NCBI RefSeq assembly: GCF_001194135.2
Contig: NC_068985.1
Coordinates: 14,829,562-14,868,965 of the forward strand
Source of the DNA: Octopus bimaculoides
Taxonomy: Eukaryota
Length of the DNA: 39,404 nt
Reading direction: 5' to 3'
In this document: positions 11,862 to 23,279 of the stretch, one piece after another
Numbering within the stretch: position 1 is the first letter of the stretch
How the letters are laid out: each line of letters opens with the position of its first letter
Made by a program: the position numbers and the translations under genes
The notes under the pieces: model-generated
What the model was told of the DNA's origin: nothing
Seen by the model: the letters and a program-made list of their open reading frames with translations, nothing else
Database searches by the model: none

Positions 11862-11924
<63 letters not shown>

Positions 11925-13399
11925 TTTTTTTTTACACCGGAATGGCCTTTGTCAAACTGTAGTTAATTGATGTTACAGTTTATGGCTTTGACAGTTACTG
12001 CAATGTCCTTCTTCATGGTCAAACATTCATCAATGTGTCTTTTGATGTTGTGCGTGGGTGCTGAGATGTCTTGATTCTGGTGTGTAATTCTCACGTGCTA
12101 TTCGCTACATTTGGGTCACTGAGACAAGTACGCAATGACTGTTCCCAAGTATGTGATCACCTTACAAATAGGGAAGTTGACTCGTGAGCGTAGGGTTACT
12201 GTTGCTAGGAAACCGTTTCGTTGATAGGAATTTCCGTAGAGAACGACTCAAACAAATGCAAGAACGATAACTCAAAAGTTTTAAAATATTCATTCTTTTA
12301 CATGTTCCAGTCATTTGGCTGTGGCCATGCTGGAGCACCACCTTAAGTGGTTTTAGTCTCCAGGACTTATTCTTTGTAAGCCTACTAGTTATTCTATCGG
12401 TCTCTTTTAGCGAGCCGCCAAGTGACGGGGATGAAAACACAACATCTATACCATTCTAGTATTTTTTTTTAAAGTCTAGTAGTATCCTATCGTCCTCCTT
12501 TGCCGAATCGCTAATTTACTGGGATGTAAACAAACCAACTCCGCTTGTGAAGTGTGGGGGATAAACATGATATTCACACATACACATACACACACATACA
12601 CATACACACATATACACATAACGGGCTTCTACACAGTTTCTGTCTACCAAACTCACTTACAAGGTATTGGTCGGTGTGGGACTATAGAAGAATACACTTG
12701 CCCAAGGTGCCACGCAGTAAGACTGAACCTGAGACCACGTGGCTTCAAAGCGAATCTTCACCACACTCTCATGCTTAGTTTTCGTTAAGAGACATGTTAT
12801 CTTTGTCTTATGCTTTTATTTATCATTAACCGTAATCATTTCATGAAATAATTTGATTAAAAATTGTTTTGGACGACTTGTACATGATTTTTTATACATA
12901 TTTTTCAGAGGTTATATTGATTTCCAAGAACGAGTTAGTCACTATTGGCCCGAATTTGCTCAGAATGGAAAAGAATCTATTACCGTAGAAATGTTAATCA
13001 ACCACCAGGTAACAAAATATATGCATATTTCCCTCCACTTCGTAAACAAAACGTCTAGAAAACAAAGAACACCCTTATGGAAATTCGAAAATATTTTAAC
13101 AAATTCAAGCTAAAGTCACGTTGCCTGAAGAGCAACCGCGATTGTCAGATATTTGTTTCTTCGGATACATGTTTTTACGCTTTTAAAAGTGAGAGCTACC
13201 AGTGAAACACGTGTAAAGATTGTGTAATTCATGATATAACAATGAGTTTAACTGAATCTCTTGTTTTGTTCTGCTCTTGGACAAACGTGTGTGTGTGTGT
13301 GTGTGTGTGCATGAATATATCTATTTGTAAATATATATATGACAAAGAATACCTGTACTACTATATATATGTGCGTGTGTACGTGTATACCTGTACACA

Positions 13400-13448
<49 letters not shown>

Positions 13449-16400
13449 GTGTGCGTGTGTGTGTGTGTGTGTGATATCATATCAGACTATGGATGATTAA
13501 ATTACAACATTGTTTGTATTATGGTGTATTGTTGTGTCATTCAAAACATTTTATTCTTTACAAACAATACACAATGCTTCAAGCGAACTACAATACTCTC
13601 TTAAGTAACAAATAATCACAGCAAAGCTAAAAGCTAAAATTACGATATCTGATTTACCTCAGATCTCGTCATTTCTGATGCGTTCCCTCTTTCACACTGC
13701 CCTTTGTTTGGGGGTCGGGCACCAATTAAAGGAGGAGGAGGAGAAAATCTCTCATGCATGACCTGTGCGTAACGCTCGAATTAAATGGTGTGAATCTGAA
13801 CTATATTGATATATTACCTACTCGCAACTGGCTAGGCGAACCGAAGCGATGCAAATAAAGTGTTCAGTTCAGAAACGCATCGAAACGCCATTTGTAGATT
13901 TAAACCTAAGATCTGTGAGCAAATAAACTTTATCAAACGAGTCACCGTAAGACAACGTAAAAGAGGTTAAGTAAATATATGTTTGTAACCGAAATAATGT
14001 TAACCATTGTTTAATTTATGTAAATGTTACAATAATGCGAATTCTTTTCATGTTTATATTTTTATCATGTATATTTTATTCAAGGCAGGTCTTCATTATT
14101 TAGAGGAGCCATTGGAGATGGAATTATTTATTACAGATTTTGACCAGTTTGCTAGCAAGCTTGCATTGCAAAAACCTCACTGGACCCCCGGTAAGTAAAA
14201 CTATAACAAACTTAACCAAAAGAAATCTAGGATTGCAATATTAGAGTTAATATATCTAAGGCGGCGAGCTGGCAGAATCGTTACCACGCCGGGCAAAATG
14301 CTTAGCGGCATTTCGTCCGTCTCTGGGTTCTGAGCTCAAATTCCGCCGAGGTTGACCTTTCATCCTTTCGGGGTCCATAAAATAAGTACCAACTGGACAC
14401 TGGGGTCGATGGACTCGACTTATCCCCTCCCCCGAAATTGCTGGTTTTGTACCAAATTTTAAAATCAATATTAGTCACTATATTATACAGGGTCATTTGA
14501 TCGGGGAAAATGTAGGGCTAAACGAAGAATNNNNNNNNNNNNNNNNNNNNNNNNNNNNNNNNNNNNNNNNNNNNNNNNNNNNNNNNNNNNNNNNNNNNNN
14601 NNNNNNNNNNNNNNNNNNNNNNNNNNNNNNNNNNNNNNNNNNNNNNNNNNNNNNNNNNNNNNNNNNNNNNNNNNNNNNNNNNNNNNNNNNNNNNNNNATA
14701 ACCCGTTTTACGTGATCCCGGGTTTATGAGCTTTTACGAGTTTTCGTTTTATGAGCGTTCTCTCGAAACGAATTAACTCGTGTATCGAGTCATTACTGTA
14801 TATACACTTTTTAGTAATATTAATTCATATACTCTAAATCAAGTGTACTCAACCACCGGGCCGCGGGTCACGGACCACAACCAGGTCGAGGGGTGGGGGA
14901 CACGGAAGGGACATATTTTTCGACTTTATTTCTTGCTTATTGAATGTCGCCGTCTGCTGAGTGTCTCTTGCATTATATATGTATTATATACGATGGGATA
15001 CCCAAAAGTTTAACTCGTACATTCCAGACCCTAGAAAAAACTGAAATGATAAAGATTTTGAATGAAAAACATCTATCAAGTAACTTAAAATAAGGACATA
15101 GAAAAACTTCAATATTTTTTTATACCTTCTACATAAAAACATATTCAGTGGGAGATAACATACTTAATGTAGAGAGCGGGAGAATATTTAGTTCACTGAA
15201 AGAAATCTCGGTTAAGTTCTGATCCAAAAGAAACTTGCTGTTTGTGAAAAAGGCATAAGTGTACCATATAACTTTGCTGTGATTATTTGTTACTTAAGAG
15301 AGTATTGTAGTTCGCTTGAAGCATTGTGTATTGTTTGTAAAGAATAAAATGTTTTGAATGACACAACAATGCACTATAATCATCCATAGTCTGATATAAT
15401 ATTTCGGAATAAAAATTCTTTCTTGCACTTCACGTGAGGAATTCCGGAAGGAGCTTCGTGAGACCACTGCTGAGACGCTTCCGAAAAAAAAAAAAAAGCT
15501 GTTGGAAAACCGATTATAGCAGCAACTCCACCGATTCCTAGGGTTATCTGAAGAAGGAATTTTTATTCCGAAATATATCAGTCTATGGATGATTAAATTA
15601 CAACACCGTTTTGTATTATAATGCATTGTTGTGTCATTCAAAACATTTTATTCTTTGTTACTTAAATACAATTTGTTCTCTTCCTTTTTCGTTCTTTTAA
15701 AATCTATAGGTACTCAGTTTGGGTATCATTGTTTTACGTTTGGAATGTATGTTGATGTGTTGTTGCGAAAGGTAGACCCGTTGAAACGTCCATTAGAACA
15801 AATATATCGCGAAGAATTGTTCAAACCTTATGGTAAGCGAAACATTAACCGACAATTCTGATTTTGCATGTAAACAAAGCCACCGTATTTTCTGGCGTTC
15901 AAGTCAAATATTCTAGACCAAAATTTATTGAGAAAAAAAAAAAAAAAGTCAAGTCGACATATACCCGAAGACGAATTTGGAGGACCAAAAATTCCATGTG
16001 AAACACAGCAGGATTTGGAAATAGTGTGACGATATTTGAATGCTGACACTACATGTCTACACTATACATTGCGTCGCCTTGAGCGCCGAAAAATATGGTA
16101 ACTGATGATAAATACGGTAATTAACGATAAATGCAGTTTTATGTATTACCTTATACGTGTTTCAGTCTTTGAACTGCGCCCATGCTGGGGCACCGCCTTG
16201 ACGGGTTTAATCAAACAAATCTACTGCTGTACTTTTTTCTGTAAATTCAGGTACTTATTCTATCGTTTTTTTTTATGGGGGGGGGGGTTGCCGAACCGCG
16301 GAGTTACAAGGACGTAAACAAACAAACACCGATTCCATAGAACCGATAGAATGAATACGAAGGTTTAAAAAAAAATAGTGCAAGGGTCGATTTTATTGAC

Positions 16401-19400
16401 GGAGCCCTTCAGAGCAGTATCCCAGTATGACAGCAGTTCAAGGACCGAAACAAATAAATGAATCTAGTTTTCTTTTATGTTATCAGCTTTCAAAAATAGA
16501 AATAACAACATTTATTCTGCCGTGTTTGTTCTTAAAGAAATTTGTTATTCAATCAAATGATTCAACTATTTCCGACCGATTCTATAATCGATCTCACAAC
16601 TGAAAACAGAATAACACTCCACCCTGCCTGAAACATCATTTGAACTCGACCACTTCATACAAACCTAATTTATTTATAATTATTACCGGTATCTTATACT
16701 TAATGTATGTGTATTGTTTTTGCGTTTATTGGCTACGGGATTCGTCTAGGGAAAAATCCCTTTAAGATGCTGAGTGTTAAAACACTGAATATTTCAAACC
16801 AAATGAAACGAATCGTCCCATAGATGAGCGAGAACGGTGTCGATCAATATTTCGCTGTTATTTCCGCTCTTCAGTACTGTATGCCCGAGTCACCTCGAAA
16901 AGAATTCGAATCACTTATCTATATATACAGATAAGGTAAAATCTATGTGTGGATGTGCAGAAGCATTGCACAAATGAAACAAAATTAAATTTTGAATTAA
17001 AAACAGTTCTAGTAACGTAAACATTGCCGATGTCACATACTTAATTACATGCGTTTTGTTGATGCGTTTACTGTCTGCCGGGTAGTCAGTATTTTTAACA
17101 CTCGAACTTCTAAAGAGAATTTTCCTTGGACGAATCCCGCAGCCAATAACCGCATAGACAAAGAACACGCGTTAAGTGTGTAACATCGGTGTTATTTACA
17201 CTATAAGAGCTGCTTCTAATTCAAAATTTTATTTATTTATGTACTAAATATACTTGAACTTTTTTTTTTCTCTCTTCAGATCTTGATATTTTTCAAGGAA
17301 CTCCTTACTCGGAACAGTATCGCACTGTAAGTGTCCTCACAGAAAAATATTGGTGGGAAGTTGTTGATTCTTTCTTCGACATAATTCCTTATATTGCTTC
17401 CAGAATCTTGTTTACACCACACATTTGTAAGGCTTCAACAGCACTTATTGTAAGTATCATCACTAATCTTATTGACTTTATATTTTCCAGACTGCTCTAT
17501 TACTGATATATTCGATCAAAATTGTATTATTGTCATGTCTCATAATCAGATTATTAAATTTACTTGTTTCACACACAGAATACATCTTTCTATGTTACAC
17601 TAATAGATACGCAATACATTGGCACTATCAACTGATTGCGAAATATCAATGATATGTTAGATATTAGAAATACTAACATCATTGAAAATTGTGTATCAGT
17701 AAGTAGCGAAGATTGTGCGATCACAACATACATACTTAAGTCCTTCGCACCTTTGACACAAGCCAGTAATTTTGAGGAGACGAGAAAGTCGATTACATTG
17801 ATCTCAGTACCTCAGCGGCATTTCAGCTCAGAACGTAAGCCAGTAGAAATGTTGTTAACATTTTATCCGGTACGCTAGTGATTCTGCCATCTTGCCGCCT
17901 TAGAGATACTAGAAAAATTATTTATAATATGGTCATAAAGCCATAAATTTTATGGGCGGGATTGTGCTTGACTAGCACTTTATTCCATTGGCTCATGAAG
18001 GATGAAAGACAAAGGTGACCTCGCTGGTTTACTAACTCACAAAATATGTCTGTAACTAAAGAGTATAAAGCATTTTGTTCTATTCCATCCCATTCTGCCG
18101 TTGTCGATCCACTATTTTAAGGAACTTCAGCTTATCGTTGCCTGCTTATTCATGCTGGCTTATGGGTCCACTTGTCCACACTAGCTAATTGCAGATTGGA
18201 TGGGACGCTTCGGGCCATCGGGATCTAGGCGGAATTTGAACTCGGAATACAAGCACGAGAGATATAGACTGCCATATTAAGGCATGAGTTTTAGGAGCTG
18301 CAGTCCAGGTACCTCCGCTAACTGGAGAGCATACTAAGACTCAATGAAAAATTATTGATGATATCATTAGGACGGAGCTACAAAATCTTTATCCGACTCT
18401 GGGAACAGACACTACAAAGTATCTCCGCCAATACTCTAATCCACAAATCATACACACAATCCCAATGCTCTAAAACAGTGGTTCCCAAAGTAGGCGGTAT
18501 TGCTCCCTGGCGGCGGTAGAAAGTTGAAGAAAAATGGGGCGATAATGGGGTAGTGATTCATGTAAAAACAACAAAATAATGGGTTCATTAAGTTAAGTTA
18601 CGTGGAGGCGCGTGGCTTAGTGGTTAGGGTGTCAGCATCATGATCGTAAGATTGTGGTTTCGATTCCTGGACCGGGCGACGCGTTGTGTTTTTGAGCAAA
18701 ACACTTCATTTCCCGTTGTTCCAGTTCACTCAGCTGCCAAAAATGAGTAACGCTGCGATGGACTGGCGTCCCGTCCAGCTGGGAAACACATACGCCATTG
18801 AAACCGGGAAACCGGGCCCATGAGCCTGGCTAGGCTTTAAAAAGGGCGCATTTATTTATTTTTATTTTTTAAGTTAAGTTATATTTGTGAAATACAGTTG
18901 CTTTGTCTTTGCTTCAGAAAGAGGTCTGTCTGTGATGGTTAGTTGGGGTGGCGGTGCTAGGAAAGTGACCTGAGTGTCAAGGGGGCGACAGCCCGAAAAA
19001 GTTTGGGAACCACTACTCTAAAATATAATACTACCAGCAACTAGTGTATAAACGTTAATGATGAACAAAGAGAGAACTACTCCAAAGGAGATGCCTCACA
19101 AATAATATTGATAAAATTGCTTAACAGTGCAACATATGTAATACGAATAGTTTACAGGGGAGATAATCGGTTCTTCATAATATTTGATGGGATTAGAAGT
19201 TTGAATTTGAAAATAATGAATGAGAAAATGATGCATTTAATACATATATTTATTTTATTTTATATATTTGTTGCTTATTTATCAAGTCCTTAAAATTTCT
19301 ACTCCATGGTAATAATTTATTGTCCAAAATATATTTCCATAATTGCCTCGAGATAGGTTTTTTTTTTCTTATTCAACACCAGTCATATTAATTTAAGGCG

Positions 19401-21251
19401 GCGAGCTGGCAGAATCGTTAACACGCTGGACGAAATGCTTCGTGGTATTTCGTCCGTCACTACATTCTCAGTTAAAATTCCGCCGAGGTCGACTTTGCCT
19501 TTCATCCCTTCGGAGTCGATAAAATAAGTACCAGTGATACACTGGGGTCGATGTAATCGGCTAGTCACCTCCCCCCACCAAAACAATTTCAGGCCTTGTG
19601 CCTCCAATAGAAAGGATTATTATTATTATTTTCTTTTATTTTTTTAAATATTTTTAGTTTAACGAGCTCACTGACAGTGACACTAAACTCATTCCATCCA
19701 CTAGTGTCAATGCTTATAGTACTGCAANNNNNNNNNNNNNNNNNNNNNNNNNNNNNNNNNNNNNNNNNNNNNNNNNNNNNNNNNNNNNNNNNNNNNNNNN
19801 NNNNNNNNNNNNNNNNNNNNNNNNNNNNNNNNNNNNNNNNNNNNNNNNNNNNNNNNNNNNNNNNNNNNNNNNNNNNNNNNNNNNNNNNNNNNNNNNNNNN
19901 NNNNNNNNNNNNNNNNNNNNNNNNNNNNNNNNNNNNNNNNNNNNNNNNNNNNNNNNNNNNNNNNNNNNNNNNNNNNNNNNNNNNNNNNNNNNNNNNNNNN
20001 NNNNNNNNNNNNNNNNNNNNNNNNNNNNNNNNNNNNNNNNNNNNNNNNNNNNNNNNNNNNNNNNNNNNNNNNNNNNNNNNNNNNNNNNNNNNNNNNNNNN
20101 NNNNNNNNNNNNNNNNNNNNNNNNNNNNNNNNNNNNNNNNNNNNNNNNNNNNNNNNNNNNNNNNNNNNNNNNNNNNNNNNNNNNNNNNNNNNNNNNNNNN
20201 NNNNNNNNNNNNNNNNNNNNNNNNNNNNNNNNNNNNNNNNNNNNNNNNNNNNNNNNNNNNNNNNNNNNNNNNNNNNNNNNNNNNNNNNNNNNNNNNNNNN
20301 NNNNNNNNNNNNNNNNNNNNNNNNNNNNNNNNNNNNNNNNNNNNNNNNNNNNNNNNNNNNNNNNNNNNNNNNNNNNNNNNNNNNNNNNNNNNNNNNNNNN
20401 NNNNNNNNNNNNNNNNNNNNNNNNNNNNNNNNNNNNNNNNNNNNNNNNNNNNNNNNNNNNNNNNNNNNNNNNNNNNNNNNNNNNNNNNNNNNNNNNNNNN
20501 NNNNNNNNNNNNNNNNNNNNNNNNNNNNNNNNNNNNNNNNNNNNNNNNNNNNNNNNNNNNNGGCACCTTGGGCAAGTGTCTTCTACTATAGCCTCGGACC
20601 GACCAAAGCCTTCTGAGTGGATTTGGTAGACGGAAACTGAAAGAAGCCCGTCATATATATATGTATGCGTGTGTGTATATGTTTGTGTGTCTGTGCTTGT
20701 CCCCCCAACATCGCTTGACAACCGATGCTGGTGTGTTAACGTCCCCGTAACTTAGCGGTTCGGCAAAAGAGGCCGATAGAATAGGTACTAGGCTTACAAA
20801 GAATAAGTTCTGGGGTCGATTTGCTCGACTAAAAAGGCGGTGCTCCAGCATGGCCACAGTCAAATGACTGAGACAAGTAAAAGAGTAAAGAGTGAATGCA
20901 ACAGTTTTGTGTGTCCTTATCTGGTAAAAAATATTCTTCCCCGATGTAATTATTGCCTTTGTTTATTTATTTATTTATTTATTTCTCTTTTGTAAATTGT
21001 ATTTCTTACGCCTGAATAATAGTCATAATATCTTAGTTATAACATTTCATTTTTGTTTTCTTTTGTAGGGTGGATATATGTTTGGTTACGCTGGATTTGG
21101 AGGCCAAGTGGCCTATGGTGAAATGACAAACAGAATAAGCATTGCTCACATTACAAATCATTTGAACCCTATCATATCATTAAATGACGAACGATGGTCG
21201 TCTATAATCACAGCAATATATGATTCTCTTGGAAAAATCAAAAAACATTAA
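8065..21251 (+). CDS. Spliced gene (5'-incomplete): beta-lactamase domain-containing serine hydrolase, family VIII esterase / lact-2-like
   Basis: Hand-spliced exons 8065-8256, 12909-13008, 14085-14190, 15710-15832, 17280-17449, 19658-(gap) and 21069-~21251. All visible junctions are AG/GT with matching phases (2,0,1,1,0; last exon starts in phase 0). The joined protein contains [67 protein letters not shown] and FGYAGFGGQ, in the order expected for this family. Confidence 0.93.
8293..8500 (+). mobile_element. SINE family A
   Basis: gcggcaagctggcagaatcgttagcacgccggg head; lies 36 bp after the exon A donor. Confidence 0.85.
9413..9792 (+). mobile_element. tRNA-derived SINE family C
   Basis: gtggaggcgcaatggcccagtggttaggg (A box) and gtttcgattcc (B box). 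A second copy is inverted at 31205-31572. Confidence 0.88.
9828..10055. mobile_element. Merlin-like MITE with inverted TTAGGG arrays
   Basis: ~60-bp TIRs starting GGTAAATTTTCAGATTAACACCCGCACG; perfect 8-bp TSD CGCTCTTC at 9820-9827 and 10056-10063. Confidence 0.85.
10426..11095 (+). mobile_element. Array of three SINE family A copies separated by (ATT)n
   Basis: Heads at ~10426, ~10682 and ~10907, each preceded by att/atc repeats. Confidence 0.88.
11106..11409 (-). mobile_element. SINE family B (runs into gap)
   Basis: Reverse complement of the family B body and tail (compare 20562-20890). Confidence 0.88.
12280..12775 (-). mobile_element. SINE family B: tail fragment plus near-full copy
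   Basis: gtcatttggctgtggccatgctggagcacc..; cacttgcccaaggtgccacgcag. Confidence 0.82.
12909..13008 (+). CDS. Exon B
   Basis: tttttcag| ... |gtaaca. Reads [33 protein letters not shown]. Confidence 0.95.
13478..13626. mobile_element. Solo arm of a long-TIR MITE family
   Basis: Homologous to both arms of the 15272-15657 element and to 23460-23650. Confidence 0.7.
14085..14190 (+). CDS. Exon C
   Basis: ttattcaag| ... |gtaagt. Reads AGLHYLEEPLEMELFITDFDQFASKLALQKPHWTP(G) and completes the HQAGL motif. Confidence 0.93.
14258..14472 (+). mobile_element. SINE family A
   Basis: aaggcggcgagctggcagaatcgtt head. Confidence 0.9.
14698..14800. mobile_element. pogo/Tigger-like MITE right end
   Basis: ..aattaactcgtgtatcgagtcattactg+TA; the remainder is in the gap. 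Confidence 0.45.
15272..15657. mobile_element. Long-TIR MITE
   Basis: Left arm ~15340-15420 pairs with right arm ~15556-15657 (the left arm has a ~23-bp deletion). It ends ~50 bp before the exon D acceptor. Confidence 0.75.
15710..15832 (+). CDS. Exon D (catalytic Tyr, GYH motif)
   Basis: Pyrimidine tract + tatag| ... |gtaagc. Reads GTQFGYHCFTFGMYVDVLLRKVDPLKRPLEQIYREELFKPY; Tyr codon at 15724-15726. Confidence 0.94.
16150..16325 (-). mobile_element. SINE family B tail fragment
   Basis: tttcagtc..ccatgctggggcaccgcc..ttgccgaaccgc..gacgtaaacaaac. Confidence 0.7.
16685..17190. mobile_element. Old MITE with degenerate ~70-bp TIRs
   Basis: gcgtttattggctacgggattcgtctagggaaa (16722-16754) versus tttccttggacgaatcccgcagccaataaccgc (17121-17153). 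Confidence 0.6.
17280..17449 (+). CDS. Exon E
   Basis: ttttctctcttcag| ... |gtaagt. Open in the phase required by exon D: DLDIFQGTPYSEQYRTVSVLTEKYWWEVVDSFFDIIPYIASRILFTPHICKASTALI. Confidence 0.85.
17775..18110 (-). mobile_element. Degenerate SINE family A copies
   Basis: gattctgccatcttgccgcctt (head) and a second eroded copy. Confidence 0.6.
18476..19015. mobile_element. hAT (Charlie-type) MITE
   Basis: TIRs CAGTGGTTCCCAAA / TTTGGGAACCACTA; 8-bp TSD CTCTAAAA at 18468-18475 and 19016-19023. Confidence 0.92.
18601..18869 (+). mobile_element. SINE family D nested in the hAT MITE
   Basis: A box tggcttagtggttagg, B box ggtttcgattcc, CORE-like segment, (TTTA)n tail; 12-bp TSD TAAGTTAAGTTA at 18589-18600 and 18870-18881. 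Confidence 0.9.
19395..19630 (+). mobile_element. SINE family A
   Basis: Full head and (ATT)n tail ending ~28 bp before the exon F acceptor. Confidence 0.9.
19658..19727 (+). CDS. Exon F, 5' part only (truncated by N-gap)
   Basis: atttttag| then phase-0 [23 protein letters not shown], resembling the family PSxNGxxTA(R) segment. It runs into Ns at 19728. Confidence 0.8.
19728..20561. other. Assembly gap (834 N) interrupting exon F
   Basis: N-run. Other gaps at 396-495, 7073-7648, 8550-8950, 11410-11738, 14531-14697, 21440-22046, 23311-23410, 24814-25097, 32841-33377 and 36655-36754 (approximate). Confidence 0.98.
20562..20892 (+). mobile_element. SINE family B (head in gap)
   Basis: ggcaccttgggcaagtgtcttctactatagcc..gtcaaatgactgagacaagtaaaagagtaaagag. 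Confidence 0.9.
21069..21251 (+). CDS. Terminal exon G
   Basis: tttcttttgtag| then GGYMFGYAGFGGQVAYGEMTNRISIAHITNHLNPIISLNDERWSSIITAIYDSLGKI..stop. The exact stop depends on the A-run near 21240. An AT-rich 3'UTR follows. Confidence 0.9.
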   Translation, partial: GGYMFGYAGFGGQVAYGEMTNRISIAHITNHLNPIISLNDERWSSIITAIYDSLGKIKKH

Positions 21252-23119
21252 TTATTTTTATTACATTAAATATATTGATTTTTATAAATAATTTATTTAT
21301 CTTAAATATCTAAGTATATAAGGGTGACAGAGGTGTTTTGAAGTGGTACTAAATGATTTGGTGCATTTAGTTCCTTTGATCCACATTCAAAATCCAAATT
21401 GCATCAAGATAAATTTTGCCTCCCATCCTTTCAGGTTCANNNNNNNNNNNNNNNNNNNNNNNNNNNNNNNNNNNNNNNNNNNNNNNNNNNNNNNNNNNNN
21501 NNNNNNNNNNNNNNNNNNNNNNNNNNNNNNNNNNNNNNNNNNNNNNNNNNNNNNNNNNNNNNNNNNNNNNNNNNNNNNNNNNNNNNNNNNNNNNNNNNNN
21601 NNNNNNNNNNNNNNNNNNNNNNNNNNNNNNNNNNNNNNNNNNNNNNNNNNNNNNNNNNNNNNNNNNNNNNNNNNNNNNNNNNNNNNNNNNNNNNNNNNNN
21701 NNNNNNNNNNNNNNNNNNNNNNNNNNNNNNNNNNNNNNNNNNNNNNNNNNNNNNNNNNNNNNNNNNNNNNNNNNNNNNNNNNNNNNNNNNNNNNNNNNNN
21801 NNNNNNNNNNNNNNNNNNNNNNNNNNNNNNNNNNNNNNNNNNNNNNNNNNNNNNNNNNNNNNNNNNNNNNNNNNNNNNNNNNNNNNNNNNNNNNNNNNNN
21901 NNNNNNNNNNNNNNNNNNNNNNNNNNNNNNNNNNNNNNNNNNNNNNNNNNNNNNNNNNNNNNNNNNNNNNNNNNNNNNNNNNNNNNNNNNNNNNNNNNNN
22001 NNNNNNNNNNNNNNNNNNNNNNNNNNNNNNNNNNNNNNNNNNNNNNNCAGTCATCTCCTGTATATATATATATATATATATATATACAGGAGAGGACTGA
22101 ACCGAGAGCTCTATATGTATATATATATATAATCTTGGGGTGTGTTCGTGTGTTTATCCCCGAAAACTGCCTCTGGAAAATTGGAAGATTTACCTCAACA
22201 ACTGTAGGAGTACAGACTTTGTGTAGAAGAAAAAAAGGTTATTCTGAAGAATTCCCATCAACCTGAACTATAAAATCGAAATATTTTCTTTTTATCCTTA
22301 CCAAAGTAAATATTTCTTAGCCAGTTAGTTAGGTGTACCCTAAGAGTAAATGCTGGCTCTTCCTCTATTAGTGCTCCTCTCGTCACAAAAATTTATTTCC
22401 GCCACATCATGCACTTATATACACGCATACATATACGTGATCACACATGCTCGTAAAATAAAACCATGAGTCAACCTTTCTCGCCGCACCCATCTGCCCC
22501 ACATTTTCTCACGTGTCAATATACAAAGGAGTGCTCTAGGCAATTGCTTCTTGAGTGCTTACATGCAAGTCGCTGGCTAAAAAGAACGAATCTAAAGGAC
22601 AGAAACTAACTGGACGTAAGAAACCACATTAATAAACCGATGTGTCTTACTGTGATACTGGTGTCTAATTACCTAATGGCATGTATCTATAGGGATTCCA
22701 AGGACCAATCAGAACTGGCTCAAAGTATCGGCAATTCAGGCAATCGGTGGGGGCGCCACATGTTTGGGATGTCATGTGTTTGGTGGCGTCGCGTACTTCA
22801 GGATTTAAAAATCTGTATACAAAGAGAGAAAACGTGAAAACAATTAAGTAAATCATTTCATTCTAATATTTAATTAATTACGATGATCTTCATAATTAGC
22901 ATACAAAACCATTATCTATGTAGAACATTTGAACGAAATCGGACACAGCTAACAAAAAAGCAAAGGCACAATTGTAACAAAATGTTTACACCTTGCCAAA
23001 AGACTTTAATGTTATACATTTAAGAGTGCTGAAAATCATCATTTTTACGGTGCCAGCAGATCTTAGGATCAAGCTAAGTTATTTCACTATATATCTATTA
23101 ACAGCTGCGCATATAGCTA

Positions 23120-23279
23120 CACCAGAAGGCACAGGTATAGCTATGTGGTTTACAATTACGCGCTTTAGAACTCAGTCCCACTGTGCGGCACATTGCGCAA
23201 GTGCCTTCTACTATTTCCCCCAGGCTGACTAGTGTCTTGTAAGTAGATTTGGTTGACAGAAAACGCGTGGAAGCCCGTC

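Noticed and set aside
13125-13150. Second hammerhead (CTGAAGAGCAACCGCGA)
   Set aside because: It lacks the GAAA core after stem II.
8065-21251. Bacterial contaminant or recent HGT beta-lactamase resistance gene
   Set aside because: The gene has six or more spliceosomal introns filled with host SINEs and belongs to an established metazoan family.
22640-22856. Short ORFs downstream of the gene
   Set aside because: No recognisable motifs or splice-consistent partners.
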